Of a DNA stretch of 64,000 nucleotides, positions 11,544 through 22,126 are shown piece by piece. Each line of letters opens with the position of its first letter. Positions within the stretch are counted from its first letter, which is position 1. The notes under the pieces were generated by a model that was given only the letters and a program-made list of their open reading frames with translations, searched no databases and had not been told where the DNA came from. This stretch comes from Spirochaetia bacterium (GTDB taxonomy: Bacteria > Spirochaetota > Spirochaetia > DSM-16054 > Sediminispirochaetaceae), in contig JAXHMY010000003.1 in NCBI GenBank assembly GCA_034520965.1, positions 32,001 through 96,000 of the forward strand, read 5' to 3'. The translations under genes and the position numbers were made by a program.

Positions 11544-11948
11544 TTAATATTCTTTAATTATTTTTTCTGTTTCGTTAAATATGTTTTCTGCTTCATCTAA
11601 AAATTCTTTAACTTTATTGATTGATGGTTTTCCTTCTGGCAGTAGTCCGAAATCTGCTGGATATCTTGTATCAATATATACTTGGTTTATTTGATCCAAT
11701 ACTTCTTCGCTTATCTTCATATCAATATTAATTTTTTCTTCTTCAATTTTTTTTAATAATTTTATTAGATCATGCGTTCTTGGTATCTTTTTATTATTTA
11801 GTTCTAATAATGCTTTAAATGACTTTTCAATACATTGTTGGGTATGAAAGGCTGCTATTGTGCTAAGATTATCTACAGTAATTATTGCAATAGTTGCTTG
11901 CAAGTCAGTCTTTGCAAATTTAATCCATTCTTTAGCTTGCTTCTTCAT
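11544..11948 (-). CDS. HEPN-domain protein (HEPN-MNT toxin-antitoxin pair)
   Basis: AFHTQQCIEKSFKA, IPRTHDL, TRYP motifs. Confidence 0.85.
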   Translation of the reverse strand: MKKQAKEWIKFAKTDLQATIAIITVDNLSTIAAFHTQQCIEKSFKALLELNNKKIPRTHDLIKLLKKIEEEKINIDMKISEEVLDQINQVYIDTRYPADFGLLPEGKPSINKVKEFLDEAENIFNETEKIIKEY

Positions 11949-12276
11949 ATAGTATTTTTCCAGATTCATGGATTTCTTTTTGAAATGAGTTCATTTCTTT
12001 CTTTAATAATTCATATTGAGGTCGAGTATATACTAATAAATCTAGCGCAACATCTCTGTTTATTTCTCTCAATACTCTTCTTACTCTCATTTTAATTTCT
12101 AGCCAGTCGTCATAATTTTTAGGTAATATATCCTCATTCAACACAATTAGTAGATCAATATCACTTTCTTCATCTTCTTTTTCATTAGCATAAGAACCGA
12201 ATAGTATGACCTTATATACATTAAGTGTGGATAGCTTTTCCAGTATTTTGTCTATATACGAGTTCTTTACAGCCAT
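11932..12276 (-). CDS. Minimal nucleotidyltransferase (MNT)
   Basis: VILFGSYA...SDIDLLIV motif; coupled to the HEPN gene. Confidence 0.85.
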   Translation of the reverse strand: MAVKNSYIDKILEKLSTLNVYKVILFGSYANEKEDEESDIDLLIVLNEDILPKNYDDWLEIKMRVRRVLREINRDVALDLLVYTRPQYELLKKEMNSFQKEIHESGKILYEEAS

Positions 12277-12378
12277 AAATTCATTCTATTTCTCTTTTAG
12301 ATGTTTGTCGAGTATTTTATAACATTTCTGTTTCGTTAGACTTATATGACTTATTAGATATTATGTTTATTTTACACC

Positions 12379-12513
12379 ATATAACGTTCACTTGAGTTGC
12401 TTGACGGTCTTTACCGTAATAAGTCTTTCTATACTATTGTATGTCCTGTGAGCCTGCTACACCAACACTTTCGCTTTTACACCCGCAAAGTCTGCTCCAA
12501 GCGCATGTTATGT
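12379..12513 (-). repeat. Divergent attC site
   Basis: ATAACGTTCACTTGAGTTGC at one end and CTCCAAGCGCATGTTATG at the other; same length as the others but a different loop. Confidence 0.65.
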
Positions 12514-12811
12514 GGTTACGATTTTGTTTTTTCTATGTGAAGAAAAATGTACATTTTCGCAGCTGGCGCTGTTTCTCAAGCTCCTTAAGTGGGGCGATCA
12601 CCAGGGATTCAAGCTCCGCGGAAAGGCCCCACGCGAATGTATGCAGTATTTTTCCGAGCAGCTTCCGCTTCCCGTCAAAAAATTTTTAAGAACAGCCGAA
12701 CTTTTCGAAATATCAATGTTTTCTTCCAGAAAGCCTACAGCTCAGGAGCTTAAAGAGTATAAAAGCCTCTGCAGAGAGATCCTCAGGCTAAACAAACCAA
12801 AGCAATCATAA
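12512..12811 (+). CDS. Small hypothetical protein or gene fragment, opposite to array orientation
   Basis: 99-aa ORF filling a short cassette-sized interval. Confidence 0.3.
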   Translation: MVTILFFLCEEKCTFSQLALFLKLLKWGDHQGFKLRGKAPRECMQYFSEQLPLPVKKFLRTAELFEISMFSSRKPTAQELKEYKSLCREILRLNKPKQS

Positions 12812-12884
12812 TGGGGTCAAAGCTGCCTGCCATTTCCAAACAACCGCGCCAAAGGAACGGTCGCCGTGGACCGATGTGTTAGAC
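12806..12884 (-). repeat. Possible foreign, short attC site (degenerate)
   Basis: The minus strand begins GTCTAACACATCGGTCCACGGCGACC just after a stop codon; weak complementary arm ending ATTATG. Confidence 0.35.
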
Positions 12885-12906
12885 CGCCATCTGGTTTCGC
12901 GATCTA

Positions 12907-13789
12907 TTACTGTTGCACGCTCCGGTACTGCAGCATCCATTCATATATGGAGCTGTCAAACGGCGCCCACTCGCTTTGTGTAGGTTCGTCGTGTGCCGAA
13001 TGGTACACGGCGTCCCAACAGTTGTGCCCGAGATCAGTGAAGATGGTCAATTTAGCCGTATACTCTGGATCATCGGCATTGGTCATTTTGACAAGGCGAA
13101 CTGATTCCTGTGGATCAATCACTTCGTCTTCCGCGCCGTGAAATGCCCAGATCGGAATATGATCAAACCCATCGCGAGACATATACTCTCTCGCAGCGTC
13201 GTCCGGTAGGAACCCCGCGATGGGGACCGCGGCCGCTATGCGTAGAGACCGACCGTTCCCTCCGACGACTTCCCAAGTCGCCACGCCTCCCAGGCTAAGG
13301 CCTGTAAGATATTGTCTGGTTTCGTCAATTCGGTAATGCTTTCGCAGGTCCGGAAGGATCTCCTCAACACCTTTCCAGGCTGTTTCCGGGTGAGCCTGCG
13401 GTGCCACGACAATAAACGGATGAGGCGGATTCCAAGTCCCTTCGGCGATCATTCGAGGTATTCCGTACTCCAGAACACGCTCCAAGATAACCTCATACTC
13501 GGTACTGTCACCGATTTCCCCACGACCGTGAAGGAAAAAGATTACCGGGTAGTCCTTGTCATGGGAGTCATAGCCCCCTGGCAAATAGACAATGAGGCCA
13601 TTCTTGGCACCAGGAAAGTCCTTGCCAGCGATCAGTTTCAACTCGCCGCCTGTGTCCGGCGGTAGTGACAATTCAGACTCCCACGCGGGATCACGAATCG
13701 TTCTGAACTGAGGGGTACCTCGAACCGCAACCAAGCAGTAACAAGGAAATGACGATCACAATCGCGACAACTACAATACTGACACGCAT
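12907..13789 (-). CDS. Alpha/beta-hydrolase (esterase/peptidase) lipoprotein, GC-rich cassette; frameshift after the signal peptide
   Basis: FFLHGRGE, GLSLG nucleophile elbow, FHGAEDEVI, GHNCW; RBS + MRVSIVVVAIVIVISLLLLGC at 13789 in a different frame. Confidence 0.7.
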
Positions 13790-14202
13790 AATTCCTCCTT
13801 AAAAAAACGTGATTCCTGATGGAGTTCGGTCGCCACAGGATGAACCAGTCGGACCTTCCCTTTTTTTTATACATGATTGTATGGAAACTTTGTGGAGCCG
13901 CAACGAGTGACGGTACTATAACGTCCTGCGGATATACGATATTTTGCCATATTTTCTCTAACAAAGTTATCAACACCTCTTCTTATCAACTTTCTCTTCA
14001 TTATACCACTCCTCTAACTCTTTTTTTTATCTACATTTTAAGTCCTATCTTAGCTCTTTCTATATCTTTTTTATTGTCTTCTTGTTGTGCAGTTGTGATC
14101 ATATTTTTTTTCTTTTTAGTTCCTCTATTAATCAATCAGTTCGTTCATTATTTTTTTATATTGAAAACCTCTTCTTAGGTTGTATTAACAATCGTAGAGA
14201 CG

Positions 14203-14337
14203 GTATAACGTTCACTTGAGTTGCCTGGCGCTGTTATGATTTAGCCCACTCACTTTAACCATTGTAACTCCTGTTTTTCAATTCAACAATCTCTTTCTCA
14301 ATTTCATCGCCAGGACAACTCCAAGTGGTTGTTATGT
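14203..14337 (-). repeat. attC site
   Basis: Full conserved repeat. Confidence 0.9.
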
Positions 14338-14789
14338 AGCGCAGGTTCAAATGAAATTATATTTTATATATGCTTTTTGCATCCGATCAATTAGATTATT
14401 TATTAGGTTATTAACCACGAATGTTTTTCTTATACCTGCAATTTGGATAATTTGAACAACCATAAAATTTACCATATGGTCCATTTCTAACTAATAAATT
14501 TCCTCCACATCTGGGACAAACTAATGATCTTTCTTTTTGTATTCTTTCATAATTATTCTTATGTATCTGCTGCACATGTTCTTTTCTAGTATCTTTATCC
14601 AGGATATTTAATTTCGAAAGTTGATCTGAAATTATTTTTACTTCACTAATAGATAAGTTTTGTCTTATGCTTTTTCTTGCAATAATTTGAAAAAGTTCAT
14701 TATCATTGTCAGCAACGGTGATAAAGTTCCGGATATCGACGGTTTAAAAGTTCCGCTTTTACGACACAAATAAGGGCGGATAACCTATA

Positions 14790-16113
14790 GTGGGATTGAC
14801 CGAAAATACACCACAAAAGGAAACCGCCCAAATGTGTCGAAAGGAAGATCGGATGCATATAGCTCGCATCCTGGCCAGAGAAGGCCACAGACAGAAAGAC
14901 ATCGCAGCACAGCTCGGAGTCAGTGACCGTATGGTACGAAAGTACCTGAAAGAAGACTTTGGAGCAAGAGCTCGAAAGAAGCGTCGCAGCATTCTCGAGC
15001 CGTTTCACCGAATAATCGATGAGACGATCGAAGAGAATCCCTACACCAACCTGGTGCTGCTGTATGAGCGGCTCAAAAGTCAAAGGTATGGAGGAGGGAT
15101 GACTATCTTACGGGACTATGCCCGAGGGGTCAGGGAGCAAGTGATCACCAAAAGCGGTGCTGCGCTTTGAAACCGAGCCAGGCAGACAAGCCCAGGTCGA
15201 CTGGAAAGAGTGTGGAAGCTGGCTTATCGAGGGGAGAATGCAGAAACTCTATGCATTTGTCATGCTCTTGGGCTACAGTCGACGGCCTTTCGTGCTGTTT
15301 ACCACCAACATGAGGCTCTCGACGGTGTTGTTGGCACATTTGGCGGCCTTTGCCTGGTTTGGAGCTGTGCCTTAGGAGATACTCTACGACAACATGAAAA
15401 CCGCCTGGCTGAATCAGGGCGGCAGTTGGATCGTAAATCCTGGGCTTCTCTCATCGGCCTCGGCCTGTGGGTTTACGCCTCTGAGGTGTAAGGTCCGCCG
15501 GCCTCAAACGAAAGGCAAAGTCGAGAGGTTTATCGGCTATTTGGCGCATAACTTTCTACCGAGAGTGGAGAATCGAGCCGGAACGACACTCGAGGAGCTT
15601 AACGGCGAGGTCGCCGATTGGCTTAAAGAGATAGATGCGCAGCAGATCGGCGGTATTCGCAGCACCCGTGCCGAGAGGTTTGCCGAGGAGAAGCCCTATA
15701 TGAATACCTGGGTACCGGAGGCTGCCCCCGATGTACGGGATATGGTGGGCCTGGTGGTCTCCAGGGAGGGGAAGTTGACCTATCAGACGAACCAATACAG
15801 TGTGCCTGCCGAGCATATCGGCCAAATGGTTACTCTGAAAATAAATACCCTCAACTACCGTTCTCAGGTATTCACTCAGGAGAATCTGCTGCTGCGTGAG
15901 TTTACCCTTTCGACAAAAGGGGCTCGGGAGATGAATATACGCAAGGAGGATACCGAAAGCCTCATAGAGCGTTGGAAAGCCGAACGACGGCCTACGGTAA
16001 AAAAAGCACCACAGGAGGTGACCGATCCGCAGATTCTTGATGAGCTAATAGCCACATCGGTGGAAACACGCAGTCCCGCCTGTTACGATCAGCTGGTAGG
16101 AGCGGCCTCATGA
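14790..16113 (+). pseudogene. istA: IS21 transposase with a frameshift (~15150) and an in-frame TAG (~15373)
   Basis: [26 protein letters not shown] motifs spread across three ORF pieces. Confidence 0.85.
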
Positions 16114-16874
16114 ATGCACTCAGCGAAACGGTAGGAACCCGTATGCAGGAGATGGGTCTGCAGTTCATGGCCGCCTCTCTGGAAAGTTATCTCGAAGAGC
16201 AGAGCCATAGTGACAAAACCCTTCTGCAGTCCCTTGCAGACCTGCTGGAGCTCGAATACCTTCCCCGCAAAGAGAGGGCTGCTCGCAGTCGCCTGAAGCT
16301 CTCGGGGATGCCTGCGGTAAAGCGGTTGGAGGACTTTGATATCTCCTGGCTCAAAGGGGGCCTGTCGGCCCGTCAGCTTGCCGAACTGTCCTCACTGAGC
16401 TTCATAGAGCGGAAAGAGAATGTGGTGCTCATGGGACCCAGCGGCCTGGGCAAGAGCCACCTTATGCTGGCCTTGGGGTACAAAGCGTGCATGACCGAGT
16501 TCACTGTCTGGTACACCAGCTGTATAGATTTGATCGAAGGACTTAAAAGGGCACGTGAACAGGGGCGTTTGAAACGCCGACTGACATGGCTGAAAAAACC
16601 GCATTTGATTCTTATCGATGAAGTCGGTTACGAGAATCTCTCGAAAGAAGAAGCGAACCTTCTCTTCCAAGTGGTCAATGCCCGCTACGAATATGGCAGT
16701 ATGATTCTCACTACGAATAAGGCTTTTGGTCGTTGGGCGGAGGTCCTGGCAGAGGAAGCTATTGCAACAGCCACCATCGACCGGCTTCTCCATCATGCAC
16801 ATGTGTTCAGCCTAAAAGGAGATTCATACCGGATGAAAGACCGGCTGAAAATCGGGGTCGTTGACCCTATGTAA
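16110..16874 (+). CDS. istB: IS21 helper ATPase
   Basis: GPSGLGKS, LILIDEVGY, IDRLLHH, GDSYR. Confidence 0.92.
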   Translation: MNALSETVGTRMQEMGLQFMAASLESYLEEQSHSDKTLLQSLADLLELEYLPRKERAARSRLKLSGMPAVKRLEDFDISWLKGGLSARQLAELSSLSFIERKENVVLMGPSGLGKSHLMLALGYKACMTEFTVWYTSCIDLIEGLKRAREQGRLKRRLTWLKKPHLILIDEVGYENLSKEEANLLFQVVNARYEYGSMILTTNKAFGRWAEVLAEEAIATATIDRLLHHAHVFSLKGDSYRMKDRLKIGVVDPM

Positions 16875-17531
16875 AACTATAAAAAGCGGAACCGCTACAC
16901 CGTTGAAAAGCGGAACTTTCTAAACCGCTGTTGACATTATCATAAACAACTGGAACTTGAGAAGTTACGTTTTTTAATTCTCCACTACCAACAAAAACGA
17001 TAATAGGATGATACGTTATATGTCTGAAATTCGAAAGAACTTCTTTTAATGCATATATATGGGACCAATTTTGTTTAATAGGATTCCTAAATTTATCTCT
17101 ACTTTTATAGAAAGTTTGAGTCCAATATTCTGTAATTCTCATTTCCATGTATCCAACCACTATAGTTCTTGGTTTCAATAACAAATATACCATATGTTGA
17201 AATAACAATATGATCTATTTGGCTACTTCCTTTACTTGTTCTTATAAAAATATTATTCAGAACTTTGTATTCTTTATCATCTAGTTTGTTTAATTGCCCT
17301 GCTATCCTTGATTCGCCTATGTGGCCCTTAATTTTTGGTTTATTTATCTTGAAAATGAATATCAAGATAATTGCGATTAAAAATAAAACTATATTCATAA
17401 TATGTTTACTCTTTTACTTTTAATTTGCAATAATTTCACACAACATCCTGTAGATAATGAATTTCATTATGTTATTTCTAATGCATCAATTATTTACCAA
17501 TAAACGGTATAATTAAATTATACATTGTGCT

Positions 17532-17666
17532 ACATAACGTTCACTTGAGTTGCCTGGCGCTGTCCTTATATAGCCCTTTCTCTTTGACCATTGTAACTTC
17601 AGTTCGACAATTCAACAACTTCTTTGCCACATTCACCGCCAGGTCAACTCCAAGTGGTTGTTATGT
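17532..17666 (-). repeat. attC site
   Basis: Full conserved repeat. Confidence 0.9.
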
Positions 17667-17674
17667 GCACCACA

Positions 17675-18780
17675 TCATTTCTTTAATAATTCATACAAAT
17701 CTCTATTAACATAGATTGTTTCTTTCCAAGATTTATATGATTCTAATATTCCTACTTCTTCTAACTGCTTTAGAATTTGCTAGCAGTTCTTCTTTCAGCA
17801 ATATTCTCATTTACTAAAAACTCAATTTTTGTGTACGGCTGTACAAATAATAATTCAATGAGTTCCTTAGAGTAAGTTGTTTTTGGCAGTTTTTCTTTAC
17901 ATAATTCTATAGACTTATTCATTAGATTCATTATTGAAGAAATTATCTGCAATGTATCTTTTGAAGTTTCTTCTACTGCTCTTAGCATAAATAAAATCCA
18001 TTTTTCCCATTCATTATCAGTTCTTACTTTTTGCAATAAATTGTAATATTGTCCCTTGTTTTTTATTATATAATCACTTAAATAGAGTATGGGGGTATCA
18101 ATTAAATTCTTTTGTACCAGATATAAAACATTTATTATTCTTCCTGTTCTGCCATTGCCGTCATAGAATGGATGTATCGATTCAAATTGGTAGTGTATAA
18201 TAGCCATTTTAATAAGAGAATCAATTTCGCTGTCTTTATTCATATAGCTCTCTAAGTTAGAAAGTAAATTCAATATTGTTTTCTCATTATCCGGTGGTGT
18301 GTATATCACCTCACCTGTTTGATCATTCATCAAACTTGTTCCAGGCAGTTTCCTAATGCCAGCATTATTTCCTTCTAAATCTTTTTGTATATTTAAGATC
18401 GTGTTTATACTCAGCCCACCTTTTTTGCTAAGTTCGTTATAACCGGTCCATATTGCTGATCGATAATTTAATACTTCTTTTGTTGCTGTATCGATTTTTC
18501 TTTCACTTTCTGCTAGCGCTTTATATATTTCATCCTGAGTAGTAATTATATTTTCGATTTCAGAGCTTGTTCTTGCTTCCTTCAATACTATGGAATTAAG
18601 TAATATGGTTTCATTTGGTAACAGAGAACAATAACCTTTTAACCTGGCAAGCTCTCTATTTGCTCTTATTGCTTGGTTCAGAATTTTCTTTGTTTCAATA
18701 TCAACCTTTGGAGGAAGATGAGGCAGATCGTTGTATGGTTCATTTTTACTTACGCTCATTTCATGTACATTATAACACAT
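17675..18780 (-). CDS. Fic-family protein, copy 1 (frameshift near the C-terminus)
   Basis: HPFYDGNGRTGR Fic motif; SSEIEN putative inhibitory motif. Confidence 0.88.
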
Positions 18781-18818
18781 TCTTTGCTCATTACAAGCTT
18801 TTCATGTACATATCGTGC

Positions 18819-18953
18819 ACATAACGTTCACTTGAGTTGCCTGGCGCTATAACGCATTAGCCCACTCTCTTTAACCATTGTAACTCCAGTTCTCCAAATC
18901 AACAATCTCTTTCTCAATTTCATCGCCAGGACAACTCCAAGTGGTTGTTATAC
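18819..18953 (-). repeat. attC site
   Basis: Full conserved repeat. Confidence 0.9.
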
Positions 18954-19103
18954 ACGCCGCATTCATATTTCAATATGTCTTAGATCATGTTATTGGAACT
19001 ATAGTTCATATCTTTATTTTTTTTACTCACACGTGAAGTAATCCTTTTGCCGTTTGATTATTCTTATCTTCCTTAAGTATCTAGTATTTTTTATTCTATT
19101 TAC

Positions 19104-20775
19104 CCTAAATTCCGCAATTTTTATAACTATGTCGAAAAAAATAATTTCTAACCCTATATAAAGTAAAGAATAAAAAGGCAATATTTTTGTTGACATTTGC
19201 CAAAAACATAGTATAGTTATACTATGTTTACTATAGATCAAAAGGTAGGAAAATACACCTACGTATACGAGGTGCACAGCTATTGGGATAAAGAGAAGAA
19301 AGGTCCCAGGCAACAGCGTATTCGTATCGGTAAGCGAGACCCTAAAAGCGGAGAGTTTGTTAAGCTCGAACAAAAAAGACTAAGCCGCGAGTATGGCACG
19401 GTGTATCTGCTTGCATCGATAATCGAGCGTCTCGGACTCAAAGAGCTGCTCAGCGAAGAGTTTCCCTCAGAGGCTCGAGAGATAATTATCGCTGCCTGTT
19501 TTCAGATTTCTGAGCACCGCCCTTTTTACCTCTGTGCAAATTGGTTGGAACACATCTATCTGAGAGAACCGATTGAACTGTCTTCCCAACGTATTAGTCG
19601 TCTGCTCCAGGATATTGGAGAGGATGAAAGAGCGGTCTATCGCTTCTTAGATGAATGGACTGAAAGCCGAGAAGAGAATGAGTTCATCGTCTTTGATATA
19701 ACCAGCGTATCTACCTATGGGAAGGGCATTGACTTTGCCGAGTGGGGCTACAATCGTGACGGTGAGCGCTTGAGTCAAATAAATATTGGTATGGTGTATG
19801 GCGAGCCAAGCACCTTACCTCTTCTCTACTCCCTGTATCCCGGAAGCGTTCCAGATGTAGTGACCCTTAAGAATATGAAAAAGCGTCTTGAGCGAATTGC
19901 GAGCTTACGAGCACTGTTTGTGCTCGATCGAGGTTTCTATAGCTTGAAAAACCTTGACGAGCTGGAGAGTCTTGGCCCTTTTCTAATTCCTTTACCCATG
20001 AGTACTAACGCAGCCCGTGAGTTGGTAGGCTCTCACCGCTCGACGATAGGCTCACCGGATAACGCTTTTCAGATGGGAAAGCAGATATACTACAGCAACA
20101 GCGATGAGCTGTGCATGGGAGAGAATACTTTCAATGCGCATATCTTCTTTAATGAAAAACAAGCCTCAGAGGAGCGTGAAAAGCTAATGACTTTCCTGCT
20201 TACCGTAGAAGATCAGGTGGCAGGGAAAAAGTGGAGCACCTCGAAAAAGCTCATACATTTTCTCGAAGATGGTTTCCCAGGGTGGCAACACAGTTTTTCA
20301 GTAATAGAGGCCGAAGAGGGGTATACGGCTGCAAGACGAAAGGAGGCTATTAATGAGGCCTCAAAGCGCCAGGGAATTTTTATTCTTCTAACTAATACAA
20401 ATCTCACCGCAGAGCAGTGCCTTGAATACTACCGTAGAAAAGATGGAGTTGAGAAACTGTTCGACTCAATGAAACACGGAATAGATATGAAGAGACTGAG
20501 AGTGCACAGCAGAAAATCAGTGCAAGGGCTTTTATTTATAGAGTTCATCAGTCTCATTATATACTCGGAAATACAGCGGGTGCTTCGGGAAAGTGGACTT
20601 GGGAAGAAGCTTACAGTGGAGCAAATGTTGTATGAACTTAAAAAGTTAAGCGTTCTTGAAATTGACGATAAAAAACCAATGATCACTGAACTGACTAAAA
20701 AACAAAAGGATATATTCGGTGCATTCGAAATACCACTACCGATGCTCACATAGTATAAATTTTGCGGAATTTAGG
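19104..20775 (+). mobile_element. IS1634-family element, 14-bp TIR CCTAAATTCCGCAA, 6-bp TSD ATTTAC
   Basis: Perfect terminal IRs; ATTTAC is duplicated relative to the empty homolog at ~43620. Confidence 0.9.
19224..20753 (+). CDS. IS1634-family DDE transposase
   Basis: VFDITS, WGYNRD, VLDRGFYS, YRRKDGVEKLFDSMK. Confidence 0.88.
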   Translation: MFTIDQKVGKYTYVYEVHSYWDKEKKGPRQQRIRIGKRDPKSGEFVKLEQKRLSREYGTVYLLASIIERLGLKELLSEEFPSEAREIIIAACFQISEHRPFYLCANWLEHIYLREPIELSSQRISRLLQDIGEDERAVYRFLDEWTESREENEFIVFDITSVSTYGKGIDFAEWGYNRDGERLSQINIGMVYGEPSTLPLLYSLYPGSVPDVVTLKNMKKRLERIASLRALFVLDRGFYSLKNLDELESLGPFLIPLPMSTNAARELVGSHRSTIGSPDNAFQMGKQIYYSNSDELCMGENTFNAHIFFNEKQASEEREKLMTFLLTVEDQVAGKKWSTSKKLIHFLEDGFPGWQHSFSVIEAEEGYTAARRKEAINEASKRQGIFILLTNTNLTAEQCLEYYRRKDGVEKLFDSMKHGIDMKRLRVHSRKSVQGLLFIEFISLIIYSEIQRVLRESGLGKKLTVEQMLYELKKLSVLEIDDKKPMITELTKKQKDIFGAFEIPLPMLT

Positions 20776-21211
20776 ATTTACATTTGGTAGCCCGTTCATT
20801 TTTGCTAATGAATTTAAATCCAGAATCCCAACGTATTTAAAACTAACAACTTTGCTTTGCCAATTTTACACTTACTCCGAAAAGTGAAGATTATTTCTAT
20901 TACATTTTCACTCGATCTATTACAATATTAAATATTGTTTCAATTGCATCCATTTTTTTTTATTAGAACTATACTTACGCACTTTATTATTGACCTTTAA
21001 CTTATCGATATTACTTCATCTATGTAATTTTCATTTTATATTTTCACATTACATCACTTATTTATTTATAATTATATTGTTTTAAGCAGTTCTACTATAT
21101 TTTTAAATTCATTATTTTCTCTTCTATCAACTCATTCAATTTTTATATTATTAATTGCCTTAATAAAAATTTCTAAAACCGAATTAATTACATAGTTCTA
21201 AACTGGCGGCC

Positions 21212-21346
21212 GTATAACGTTCACTTGAGTTGCCTGGCGCTGTCATTCTATAGCCCGCTCTCTTTAACCATTGTAACCCCACTTTTGCAATTCAACAATT
21301 TCTTTGCCATATTCACCGCCAGGTCAACTCCAAGTGGTTGTTATGT
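21212..21346 (-). repeat. attC site
   Basis: Full conserved repeat. Confidence 0.9.
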
Positions 21347-22126
21347 ACTTTTCTCATATATTATATTTCTATCTATAACAGCCATTATACTTTCCTTCCA
21401 CATTATATTTTTATTTTCTTTATTTCTTTTATAGAGATTCATAATGAAATCATCATTTAAAATTTCTATCAGTTTCAGAGCTTTAATATACTCTTCTGTA
21501 GACTTGTCATAACCATTCATTTTCAATCTACGCAATAGATAATTTGGTTTTCCAATCCAAATAGTTTCTGTAATGTAATTTTCAACTTCTTCAATAAGTG
21601 TTTCTATCTGATCATCTAACATTGGTTCACAAGATATACTTGTTTGATAACCATTTTCATATGCGTAAATAAGTGATTTTTTTCTTTCTAAAAATCTTGG
21701 TGCATATGGTTCCCAAAAACTTAATGTTTCATCAAATACTGAACCAATTGTAAAACGGAATAGTATTTTGTCTTTATACTCACTGAAAGTATCACAAATT
21801 CTTTTTATTACCTCTAAGTTTGGTTTTGAAACTAATAAGAGATATTTTCCATTTGTAAGAATATATTTTATAACCTCTATTTCTTCATCTATATATTTTT
21901 TTGATAAATCATGACTAGAAGGAAACATAATTGTACCAGTTTCCTTTGGTAACTTTATTTCATTAACTGTTTTTATCTTTTCCTCGAATTTCCAATTATC
22001 CCTGTTTTTCCTTTTAAACCTTATCGCCATTTCTTTACTGTAACAATATTTACAGTCATTCTTACAGCCATTTAAGATATTTACATTATGTGTCGCCCAT
22101 TCCAAAGTTCCAAATTTTCTTTTCAT
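21341..22126 (-). CDS. Three-Cys-motif radical-SAM-like protein (DUF5131/Gp37-Gp68 or SPL-like)
   Basis: EWATHNVNILNGCKNDCKYCY (CxxxCxxC), SISCEPML. Confidence 0.7.
   Translation of the reverse strand: MKRKFGTLEWATHNVNILNGCKNDCKYCYSKEMAIRFKRKNRDNWKFEEKIKTVNEIKLPKETGTIMFPSSHDLSKKYIDEEIEVIKYILTNGKYLLLVSKPNLEVIKRICDTFSEYKDKILFRFTIGSVFDETLSFWEPYAPRFLERKKSLIYAYENGYQTSISCEPMLDDQIETLIEEVENYITETIWIGKPNYLLRRLKMNGYDKSTEEYIKALKLIEILNDDFIMNLYKRNKENKNIMWKESIMAVIDRNIIYEKST

Larger units (their letters stand above)
14707..16936 (+). mobile_element. IS21-family element (A) with 7-bp TSD TTATCAT
   Basis: TGTCAGCAACGGT...ACCGCTGTTGACA ends; TTATCAT on both sides versus once in the intact NERD copy; istA/istB. 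Confidence 0.92.
14411..17398 (-). pseudogene. NERD nuclease + topoisomerase Zn-ribbon gene, interrupted by IS21
   Basis: Near-identical to 33806-34555 on both sides of the IS. Confidence 0.9.
18954..21211 (-). other. ORF-less cassette, copy 1, interrupted by IS1634
   Basis: With the IS removed, ~590 bp colinear with 43475-44055; no substantial ORF. Confidence 0.8.
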
